Part shown: piece after piece, positions 1 through 7,070 of the stretch
Position numbering within the stretch: the first letter of the stretch is position 1
How the letters are laid out: each line of letters starts with the position of its first letter
Assembly: GCA_964532635.1 (NCBI GenBank)
Contig: CAZHIK010000003.1
Span: 1 to 35,143, forward strand
Source: an uncultured Enterobacterales bacterium
GTDB lineage: Bacteria; Myxococcota_A; UBA796; JAFGLY01
Direction of reading: 5' to 3'
Length of the DNA stretch: 35,143 nucleotides
The notes under the pieces: model-generated
The model's input: the letters and a program-made list of their open reading frames with translations, nothing else
Database searches by the model: none
What the model was told of the DNA's origin: nothing
Translations under genes and position numbers: made by a program

Positions 1-1
1 G

Positions 2-397
2 GACGACGACTTCGTCTTCGAGCTGGACGACGACGAGATCGTGGCCGTCCAGGGCCTCAGCACCGAGGGCTGGCAGTACTACGAGGGCTGGTGCGAGCAC
101 GTCATCCACTACTACTACGACGACGGCGCCAACTACGACTACGCCTTCGGCTTCATGTTCTTCGACGGCACCGAGACCCCCTACGCCTCCTCGTCCTACA
201 GCCCCTACAGCATCACGGTCACCCAGGACGGCTGCTCGGGCAACGGCGGCGAGGGTGGCGACCCTGCGGACGCCACCATCTTCTACATCGAGTCGGTGCT
301 GGTGCCAGTGGCCAACGTCCAGTGCCGCGACTGCGGCGACACCTTCCCCGAGTACTTCGGCTCCCCGCTGACGGACAACAGCGCCTGGCTGCGGTGA
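2..397 (+). CDS. 3' end of a hypothetical Tyr/Asp/Cys-rich protein (5' end is off the left edge)
   Basis: Frame 2 is open from the window edge (DDDFVFELDDDEIVAVQGL...) to TGA 395-397, with strong GC3 codon bias. The listed ORF 41-397 is only its internal GTG-to-stop part. No domain recognised. The stop overlaps the next start (GTGA at 394-397). Confidence 0.6.
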   Translation, partial: DDDFVFELDDDEIVAVQGLSTEGWQYYEGWCEHVIHYYYDDGANYDYAFGFMFFDGTETPYASSSYSPYSITVTQDGCSGNGGEGGDPADATIFYIESVLVPVANVQCRDCGDTFPEYFGSPLTDNSAWLR

Positions 398-1092
398 CGA
401 AGGCGATCTCCCCCGGTCGCCGAGCCGCCGTCCCCGCCGGTGCACTGCTGGCGCTGGGCCTGTACATGGCCGCCCTGCCCTGGCTCGCTTCCCTGGGGGA
501 GTGGGCCCTGCTCACCCTGCCCAGCCTGTGGCTGCTGGGCTGGACGGCGCTGCTGTGGCGGCTCGGGCGGCCTTGGGATCTGATGCTGAGCCGAGGGGGG
601 CGTCGCGCGGGCTGGATGCTGGGCGCCACCGCCGCAGCCGCCGTCGCTGTGCTGGCCTTCGCCCTGCTCTGGCCACAGGGCCTGGGCGAGGCCAGCCTGG
701 ACCGCACGCTCCGCGGCCTGGCCCTGCAGGCCCTGGTGCCCGTGGCCGAGGAGCTCTTCTTTCGCGGCGTGCTGCTGGCCGACCTGCGCCGTCGCTGGGG
801 CCCGGTGGGGGCCACGCTGCTGGTCACAGCCATCTTCGCCGCCATGCACGCCCCCATGGGTCAGCAGTGGCCCATGGCGGTCCTGTCCCTGCTGCTGTGC
901 GGTGTCACCATTACCAGTGGCTCCGTGCTGTGGGCCATCGGCATGCACGTGGCCTGGAACTCCATGGCGGTCCTCAAGCTGCTGCCGCCGGGAGGCGCGC
1001 GGACTCCAGCGCTGGTGGTGGCCCTGCTGCTGCTGGTAGCCATCGCGGCCTGGGGCTACGCTCGCCGGGAGTCGAGCGAGAGGCCCCCATGA
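394..1092 (+). CDS. CPBP family intramembrane glutamic endopeptidase (CAAX protease / Abi-like)
   Basis: This is the 3' two-thirds of ORF 91-1092. GTG 394 overlaps the upstream stop. The protein is multi-pass hydrophobic and carries the three CPBP motifs: EELFFRG (EExxxR), FAAMH (FxxxH) and HVAWN (HxxxN). Confidence 0.8.
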   Translation: MTKAISPGRRAAVPAGALLALGLYMAALPWLASLGEWALLTLPSLWLLGWTALLWRLGRPWDLMLSRGGRRAGWMLGATAAAAVAVLAFALLWPQGLGEASLDRTLRGLALQALVPVAEELFFRGVLLADLRRRWGPVGATLLVTAIFAAMHAPMGQQWPMAVLSLLLCGVTITSGSVLWAIGMHVAWNSMAVLKLLPPGGARTPALVVALLLLVAIAAWGYARRESSERPP

Positions 1093-2504
1093 GCGAACCC
1101 GTCGGTCGCCGCACCGTGCTGAACGCCGCGGCCCCCGATCTGCGCCAGCGGCGGGGCGATGCCTGGCTGCTGGTCTGGGGCGAGCTGGCCCAGTGGCTGG
1201 CGGTGGACGACGACCTGCTGGCTTTCCTGGAGCGCTTCGACGGCCGCAGCGATGTCCGCCGAGTGCTGCGCAGACACGCCAAAGCCCAACGGCGCTCCCT
1301 GGCGGAGGTGGAGGCCGAGGCACAGCCCGTGATCCGCGACCTGATGGAGCGCGGCATCCTGCGCCGCGACACCACGCCCGCGGGCACGAACGCAGAGCAC
1401 CTGTCCATCGCCAACCTCACCCTCAACCTCACCAACCGCTGCAACCTGCGCTGCGCCCACTGCTACAACCGCGACCACCACAGCGAAGACGCCCCCATCG
1501 AGGCCATCGTGGCCGGCATCCAGGCCTCGAAGAGAGTCCTGGATCCAGACGCCTCCCTGGTGGTGCTGGGGGGTGAGCCGACCCTGCAGCCGGAGCGCCT
1601 GCTCGCCCTGCTGGACGGCTGCGCCGGGTTGTTCGGGCAGCGGCCCGTGCTCTCCACGAACGGCACGCTCATCACCCCGGAGCTGGCTGGAGAGCTGGCG
1701 GAGCGCGGTGTCGAGGTGCAGGTGAGCCTGGACCACCACCAGCCAGCAGCGCACGATCGCGTCCGGGGAGCCGGCAGCTACCCGGCGGCCCTGGAGGGGC
1801 TCCGAGCGCTGCGGGAGGTCGGGGCCTACACCATCCTCTGCCGGGTCTACGCCCGGGGGGACGAGTCGCAGCTCGAGCCCTACCTCGACCTGGCCGCGTC
1901 GCTGGGGGTGGACGAGGTGCGCTTCATCCCCCTGCGAGGGGTGGGCATGGGCGCCCTGGATCCCGGCCGGCTGCCCGATCAGCTGGCGGCCATGCGTGCC
2001 CTGGTGGCGCTGCTGCGACGGCGCCCGGAGCTGGCGGGGCTGCTGGCCAGGGACTGGTTCTCCATCGCCGCCACACTGCTGGGCCGAGGAAGAGGCCGCA
2101 CCAGCTGCGGCATCGGCCGCCGGGTAGTGCTGGTGGACGCCGACGGCCGGGTCTACCCCTGCCCCAACCACACCGACCCGGAGCACGCAGCCGGCAGCCT
2201 GCTGGAGCAGGACCTGAGCAGGATCCTGGTGGGCTCCCCTGTCTTCCAGCGACTTCGCCAGCGCTACCACAGCGCCCGCTACACCCGCTGTCGCAGCTGC
2301 CCCTTCCGCGGCTGGTGTGCGGGGGACTGCCGTGGCGAGGTGCTGGCGCTGACCGGCGACCCCACGGCCCCTTCGCCCCACTGCACACAGCTGCGGGCGG
2401 TCTACACCGAGCTGCTCTGGCTCACCGCCACCGGACGCCTGCCCTTCGGTGAGCGGGCCACGCTGGCGGACGGGCGGGCGCTGCCACCGGAACCGTTCAT
2501 GTAG
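1089..2504 (+). CDS. Radical SAM/SPASM peptide-modifying enzyme with N-terminal PqqD-like RiPP recognition element
   Basis: ATG 1089 overlaps the CPBP stop (ATGA). The motif CNLRCAHC is the Cx3Cx2C radical SAM cluster. The C-terminal CRSCPFRGWCAGDC is the canonical Cx2Cx5Cx3C SPASM motif, preceded by a DADGRVYPC twitch-like element. The first ~95 aa (WLAVDDDLLAFLERFDGRSDVRRVLRRHA...VIRDLMERGIL) look like a PqqD-type winged-helix domain. The listed ORF 501-2504 carries a spurious Arg/Pro/Ala-rich N-terminal extension. Confidence 0.9.
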   Translation: MSEPVGRRTVLNAAAPDLRQRRGDAWLLVWGELAQWLAVDDDLLAFLERFDGRSDVRRVLRRHAKAQRRSLAEVEAEAQPVIRDLMERGILRRDTTPAGTNAEHLSIANLTLNLTNRCNLRCAHCYNRDHHSEDAPIEAIVAGIQASKRVLDPDASLVVLGGEPTLQPERLLALLDGCAGLFGQRPVLSTNGTLITPELAGELAERGVEVQVSLDHHQPAAHDRVRGAGSYPAALEGLRALREVGAYTILCRVYARGDESQLEPYLDLAASLGVDEVRFIPLRGVGMGALDPGRLPDQLAAMRALVALLRRRPELAGLLARDWFSIAATLLGRGRGRTSCGIGRRVVLVDADGRVYPCPNHTDPEHAAGSLLEQDLSRILVGSPVFQRLRQRYHSARYTRCRSCPFRGWCAGDCRGEVLALTGDPTAPSPHCTQLRAVYTELLWLTATGRLPFGERATLADGRALPPEPFM

Positions 2505-2576
2505 GGGTTGGCCCGAGGTTTTCCCCGAGGATAGTCCGGTGCGCACCAAAGGGCGCCATCCACGAGGGGGCTAGAC

Positions 2577-3848
2577 ATGCTGGACTACTCCGATCCGCCG
2601 ACCACCAGTCTCATGGTGCACGCGATGACTCCGGTCAACCGCCTGATCGTCCTGCCCATCCTGTTGAAGACCAAGGTCGATATCCCCCGCGAGGAGCGCG
2701 CTCGCTTTCAGCGCTACGTCAACCGTGACACCGCGGCCTTCCTCTCCCCGACCCATCCGATGTTCATGATCGACTGGATGGTCGACAAGGAGGTCTGCTC
2801 GCAGATCTCGCCACGCATGGCCCACTGGGGCGATGCCGCCGTGGTCAACGCGAACAAGCTCGGCAAGTGGTTCTGGACCCACAACGGCCTGATCGCCACC
2901 AACGGCCGGGCGCTGGCCGAGGACTTCTCCATCCGGTGGGCCTCCCAGGGCCACGGCGTGCTGCTACACCCCGAGGGGATCGCGCGCTGGACCGCCAGCC
3001 GAGTCCACGAGATCTTCCAGGGCATCGCGCGCATGCCCATCAACACCGCCAAGGCGCTGGCCGAGCGCAGCAGCGATCGGCCGGTCTGGATCGTGCCATT
3101 CGTGAGCCGGCTCCGGTTCCGCCGAGATGTCTCCTCCGGGTTGCAGGACGAGATGGCGCTCATCGAGCAGCGCCTCGAACTGCCCGATGGTGAGGGGCTG
3201 GCGGTCGCCGATCGCTTCGCGTCCCTACAGGTGAACCTTTCCAGGAAGCGCCATGAACTGCTCGAGTACACCCCACCCGAGCCCCTCACCCCGGCGAGCT
3301 TCTTCCGCTGCAGCGAGGCCTGCTCCACGGCACTACTCGCGCGGCTCGAGGCCCAGAGCGGGCCCATGGAAGGCAGCCTCTCCCAGCAGATCAACCGCCA
3401 CGAGCGGGCGCTGAAGCAGGCACAGAAGAGCGGCGCCACCGGGCTCGAGCCCCTCCGCACCGCTGTGTACGAGCTGCGCCGGATCTACACCACGAGCCCG
3501 GATCTCTACGGCGGCCCCGAGCTGACCCAGGAGCAGATCGCGGAGAGCCTCAAGCGCATCCTGAGGGAGATCGTCGACAACAGGCTGGTCGAGACGCGCA
3601 CGGGCAAGGACGTGTTTCGCAAGGTGATGCCGAGGCCGGTGGGTCGTTCCGTCATCCACGTGCGCCTGGCGGACCCCGTCCGAGTGGACGAAGCTGTCCG
3701 CGCAGGCGAAGACGAGGCCGAGCTCACCGACAAGCTGCTGACAGAGACCCACGCCTCCATGCAGCGACGGGTCGATGAGCTGAAGCGCGAGGTGGCCGGC
3801 CAGGGGAGCGGTCCGGTCCACCCCAATCCGCTCGAAGTGTCAGCCTGA
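2577..3848 (+). CDS. Putative acyltransferase (PlsC/LPLAT-like core) with a long charged helical C-terminal extension
   Basis: GAGGGGG lies upstream of ATG 2577, and composition and GC3 are normal. THPMFMID (an HX4D-like block, here H-x5-D) and LLHPEGIARWT (an FPEGTR-like block) are about 70 residues apart, as in glycerolipid acyltransferases. The C-terminal ~220 aa have no recognisable domain. The CDS is well supported; the function is tentative. Confidence 0.45.
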   Translation: MLDYSDPPTTSLMVHAMTPVNRLIVLPILLKTKVDIPREERARFQRYVNRDTAAFLSPTHPMFMIDWMVDKEVCSQISPRMAHWGDAAVVNANKLGKWFWTHNGLIATNGRALAEDFSIRWASQGHGVLLHPEGIARWTASRVHEIFQGIARMPINTAKALAERSSDRPVWIVPFVSRLRFRRDVSSGLQDEMALIEQRLELPDGEGLAVADRFASLQVNLSRKRHELLEYTPPEPLTPASFFRCSEACSTALLARLEAQSGPMEGSLSQQINRHERALKQAQKSGATGLEPLRTAVYELRRIYTTSPDLYGGPELTQEQIAESLKRILREIVDNRLVETRTGKDVFRKVMPRPVGRSVIHVRLADPVRVDEAVRAGEDEAELTDKLLTETHASMQRRVDELKREVAGQGSGPVHPNPLEVSA

Positions 3849-3986
3849 CACTCACCGACATGATGCAACTCGGCGCCAAAACACGCAGGAGCGCACCCGC
3901 AGCGATGCGGCCGAGAGCCCAACAGAGACACGCTCCTCGATTGTTGGCTTGATTTGCTGACTAATGGAGGAGTAGGGTCGAATGCG

Positions 3987-6900
3987 ATGCTACGCATGCG
4001 CGCCCTTGTTGCTCTCATCCTGTGCTCTACCGCCTGCGATCGACATCAGCATCCGCGCCGATCTGGCGCTCCAGACTGCGCTGAAGGCTGGCACAGCGAC
4101 GGAGACAGCTGCGTCCCCGAGTCCTGCGGGAAGGGAACCTGGGGAGAGCTGCTGGTCGACGAAGACACCATCTACGTCCAGTCCGACGCGGCCGAGGGCG
4201 GGGATGGCAGCGCGGAGGACCCGCACCGGAGCATCCAAGCCGCGCTGGACCTGGCAGGCAGCCGCGGAGGAGGGCTCGTGGCCGTAGCTGCGGGGACCTA
4301 TCCGGAGACCCTCGAGCTGGGACAGGACCACGCGGGGGTGCACCTGGCTGGCCGATGCCGGGACCTGGTGACGTTGGATGCGAGTGTGGGAGACGAGGAG
4401 AGCAACGGCATCGGCATCGATGGGCTGAACATCGAGGTCGAGGTAACAGGGCTGAGCGTCGAGGGTGCGCGATACGTCGGCGTGCGGGTGCTATCAGGCA
4501 TCGTGGGACTGGGAGAAATGCGCATCATCGGCAGCGGCTATGCCGGAGTGGGCGCAGCCTCATCCAGCTCGCTCAGCCCGACAGAGTTGTTGGTACGGGA
4601 CGTGGAGCTGGCAGGGAGCGAAGTCGGCCTCCTGGCCTACGACCCGAACACCGCGATCGTCCTACGTGAAACCACAATCCGCGACACCGCACCTGACGAG
4701 AGCGGTCAAGGTGGGATCGGCATCTACCTGGCCGATGGCGCCGATCTCCTAGCCGAAGGTTGCACCGTGGCGAGGAGCAGGATGGCAGGCATCGTCGCCA
4801 CCGACGACGGCACAAGACTCACCCTCCGTGACTCGACCATCTCGGACACACAACCCGACGGGCGCGGGCAGTGGGGTATCGGCCTGATCGTGACCGAAGG
4901 AGCAGCGCTCCATGCCGAGGGCTGTGAGCTCACCAGGAACACTACGGCCGGTATCCAAGTCATCGAGCCCGGCAGCGAGGCCACGCTCGAATGCTGCGTC
5001 GTGAGTGACACCCATCCCGATGAAAGTGGGCAATACGGCGCAGGCATCTCTGTCGTAGAGGCCTCGTTCTCTGCTGTTGACTGCGAGGTCTCGAGAAACA
5101 CGACTGCGGGACTGCTGTCCGAGGATGCCGGCACCGAGGTCACGCTGTACGGAACCGACCTCAACGACACGCACCCGGACGAGAGAGGGCTGGGAGGTTC
5201 AGGCATACAGGTTCACACGGGCTCGACGCTGAGAGCGACGAACTGCCGGCTGCACGGCAACTCCAGTGTGGGGATCTCGAGCATAAGTGAAGACACACGG
5301 GTCGAGCTGAGCGGTTGTCGTGTGCACAACGGAATGCCCGACGGACTCGGCGACCACGGATACGGCATCTGTGCAGAAGCAGGCTGCTACGTCGTCGCCA
5401 ACGACTGCGAATCGATCGGGAACATCAGGGCGGGCCTGCTGGTCGATGGCAAAGGCACCCAAGTGGTCCTGCAGGACTCCACCATCCATGGGACACTGCC
5501 GGGCGGAGAAGAACACGGAGGGTGGGGCCTACAAGTCCACGATGAGGCTTCGCTCCACGTCGTCGGATGCGAGGTCGCGCAGAACACAGCCGTCGGGATC
5601 GGCGCAGACGACTTTGGGACCGAGGTCACCGTCACCGACACCGCGGTCCGGAACACTCTACACCTGTCGGAGACAAGTGGCGGCGTTGGAATCCAGGCTG
5701 GCCTGGGCGCCAGTGTCACCATCGAACACAGCTTGGTGGAGAGCAACACCGCTCTCGGGATCTGGACCGTTCAATCGGGTTCGCGCATCGCGATACTGGA
5801 CTCCGTCGTCAGAGGCACGCGACCTGGGGGTGGCACACGCTGCGGGATCGGCGTCGCCGCCACGCAGGGTGCCAGCCTCGTGGTGGAGCGCAGCGAAGTG
5901 ATAGACAACGTTGGGGCTGGGTTCTTCTTCAGCGATGAGGGTACTGTGGCCCTGGTCCGCGACACCATCATCCGAGACCAACTCCCCTCCAGCGACGGTG
6001 GTTTGGGGTACGGAGTCACCGTGAATACCGCCGCACGTCTCGAGCTCGAGCGCTGTGTGCTGGAGGGGAACACCAATGTTGGAATCATGGCCGCCACAGT
6101 CGGCACCGCGGTCGACATCAGTGACACCATCATCTCCGGGACCATCGCCGGCTACGGGGAACGATCGAATATGGCACTCGGAATCAGTGCTTCCGATGGT
6201 GCCACGATTGGCGCTCGACGGCTGACGCTTTCCGACAACGCAGGTCCAGCCCTGCACGCCATCGATCCCGAGACACGGCTCATCTGCACCGATTGCCAGC
6301 TCTCGAACCACCAATTCGCGAGCGCTATCGTCGTCGACGACGGCTCCCTCGAACTGCTCTCCTCCACCATCTCGGGCAGTCTCGAGAGCGTGAACGCTGG
6401 CGGAGGTGTCGGCGTGTACGCAGCCTCGCAAGAAGCCTGGGCCGCTCCCACTCTCGTCGCGACCGACTGCGACTTCTCCGACTACACCGTTGCTGGCGTC
6501 TTCGTCGCAGGCAACGGCGGCTATCTGCTCGAAGGCAACAGCTTCACCGGAGGGGTTGGGGTTCCACACGGAGGCGGACTCCGCTGCGGTGATGGCGTCT
6601 ACGCCAGGGAGGTCAACTCCTGGGACGGACAAACCGGGCTACTCCTTGACGGAAACGTCATCTCCGACAACGTTGGTGCAGGTCTCTTCCTGGACGACGC
6701 CTGGGTGTCCCTCCAGGACAACGCATGGGAACGGAACGAGCCCGACCTGCTGTCCCAAGGGGACGCCTGCCACTCGCCCGGCGATGACTTTTCGGGGGTC
6801 CCCGTGGTCGAACTCTGTCCCCAATGGGATCGACCCACCTGCGATGTCGCGTTTCGCCTGAACCTGCGGGCTGCTGATCCAGCACAGCACGGGCTCGAGC

Positions 6901-7052
6901 CACCCAGCGCCCCCGCCACGGTACCAAATCCACTTGTCTGGGACCTGCCCAGCAGGCTCACCAGACCATCGTCGCCGCATCTTCCACTCATCGAGACACC
7001 CCGATTTCCGATGGACGAGGTACGTCCGCGTGTGGGTGACCTCGATCGATAG
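3987..7052 (+). CDS. Large right-handed parallel beta-helix repeat lipoprotein
   Basis: GGAGGAG (3967-3973) precedes ATG 3987. The signal peptide MLRMRALVALILCSTAC has a lipobox-like Cys. The N-terminal Cys-rich stretch (CAEGWHSDGDSCVPESCGKG) is followed by GDGSAEDPHRSIQAALDLAG...GTYPETLEL, typical of PbH1/pectate-lyase-fold proteins, and then by at least 10 tandem ~54-aa units. An alternative start exists at 3954. Confidence 0.8.
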   Translation: MLRMRALVALILCSTACDRHQHPRRSGAPDCAEGWHSDGDSCVPESCGKGTWGELLVDEDTIYVQSDAAEGGDGSAEDPHRSIQAALDLAGSRGGGLVAVAAGTYPETLELGQDHAGVHLAGRCRDLVTLDASVGDEESNGIGIDGLNIEVEVTGLSVEGARYVGVRVLSGIVGLGEMRIIGSGYAGVGAASSSSLSPTELLVRDVELAGSEVGLLAYDPNTAIVLRETTIRDTAPDESGQGGIGIYLADGADLLAEGCTVARSRMAGIVATDDGTRLTLRDSTISDTQPDGRGQWGIGLIVTEGAALHAEGCELTRNTTAGIQVIEPGSEATLECCVVSDTHPDESGQYGAGISVVEASFSAVDCEVSRNTTAGLLSEDAGTEVTLYGTDLNDTHPDERGLGGSGIQVHTGSTLRATNCRLHGNSSVGISSISEDTRVELSGCRVHNGMPDGLGDHGYGICAEAGCYVVANDCESIGNIRAGLLVDGKGTQVVLQDSTIHGTLPGGEEHGGWGLQVHDEASLHVVGCEVAQNTAVGIGADDFGTEVTVTDTAVRNTLHLSETSGGVGIQAGLGASVTIEHSLVESNTALGIWTVQSGSRIAILDSVVRGTRPGGGTRCGIGVAATQGASLVVERSEVIDNVGAGFFFSDEGTVALVRDTIIRDQLPSSDGGLGYGVTVNTAARLELERCVLEGNTNVGIMAATVGTAVDISDTIISGTIAGYGERSNMALGISASDGATIGARRLTLSDNAGPALHAIDPETRLICTDCQLSNHQFASAIVVDDGSLELLSSTISGSLESVNAGGGVGVYAASQEAWAAPTLVATDCDFSDYTVAGVFVAGNGGYLLEGNSFTGGVGVPHGGGLRCGDGVYAREVNSWDGQTGLLLDGNVISDNVGAGLFLDDAWVSLQDNAWERNEPDLLSQGDACHSPGDDFSGVPVVELCPQWDRPTCDVAFRLNLRAADPAQHGLEPPSAPATVPNPLVWDLPSRLTRPSSPHLPLIETPRFPMDEVRPRVGDLDR
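4674..6296 (+). repeat. Protein-level tandem array of at least 10 units of ~54 aa (about 162 nt) inside the beta-helix gene
   Basis: Hand alignment gives units that begin T(I/V)xDT.PD..G..G.GI and continue ...G(A/S)xL.A..C.(V/L).(R/Q)NT.AGI....G(T/S).(V/A)TL. Examples are TIRDTAPDESGQGGIGIY..., TISDTQPDGRGQWGIGLI..., VVSDTHPDESGQYGAGIS... and DLNDTHPDERGLGGSGIQ.... Unit lengths counted are 54, 54, 53 and 54 aa. The DNA copies have diverged and are not identical. Confidence 0.7.
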
Positions 7053-7070
7053 AACGCCGAGGTTCGCACC

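Noticed and set aside
91-393. N-terminal extensions in the ORF track: 91-393 (CPBP), 501-1088 (rSAM), 7226-8245 (small secreted protein), 11400-11933 (REC-HK-REC), 13450-13656 (PAS HK), 24732-24866 (lipoprotein), 28745-28822 (ttcA), 31535-31585 (glnII) and 32691-32732 (dapD)
   Set aside because: The extensions overlap neighbouring real genes in another frame, or lack an RBS. Internal starts give canonical N-termini (signal peptides, receiver beta1 strands, conserved family N-termini) and usually a GGAG-type RBS or a 4-nt stop/start overlap.
283-2549. Long minus-strand ORFs 283-1323 (346 aa), 974-1444 and 1056-2549 (497 aa), lying opposite the CPBP and rSAM genes
   Set aside because: Their translations are Arg/Pro/Gly/Ala-rich low-complexity strings with no motifs. 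The plus-strand frames carry clear CPBP and rSAM/SPASM signatures and GC3 bias. These are typical shadow ORFs of high-GC DNA.
3860-3952. Small ORF MMQLGAKTRRSAPAAMRPRAQQRHAPRLLA in the 3849-3986 spacer, considered as a possible RiPP precursor
   Set aside because: It has no RBS and a basic low-complexity sequence without Cys, Ser or Thr cores. It lies downstream of the acyltransferase rather than next to the rSAM, so it is most likely fortuitous.
3945-3958. Sigma-54-like TGGC...TTGC element upstream of the beta-helix gene
   Set aside because: The spacing between the GG (3946-3947) and the GC (3956-3957) is 10 nt rather than the required 12. No enhancer-binding protein gene lies nearby.
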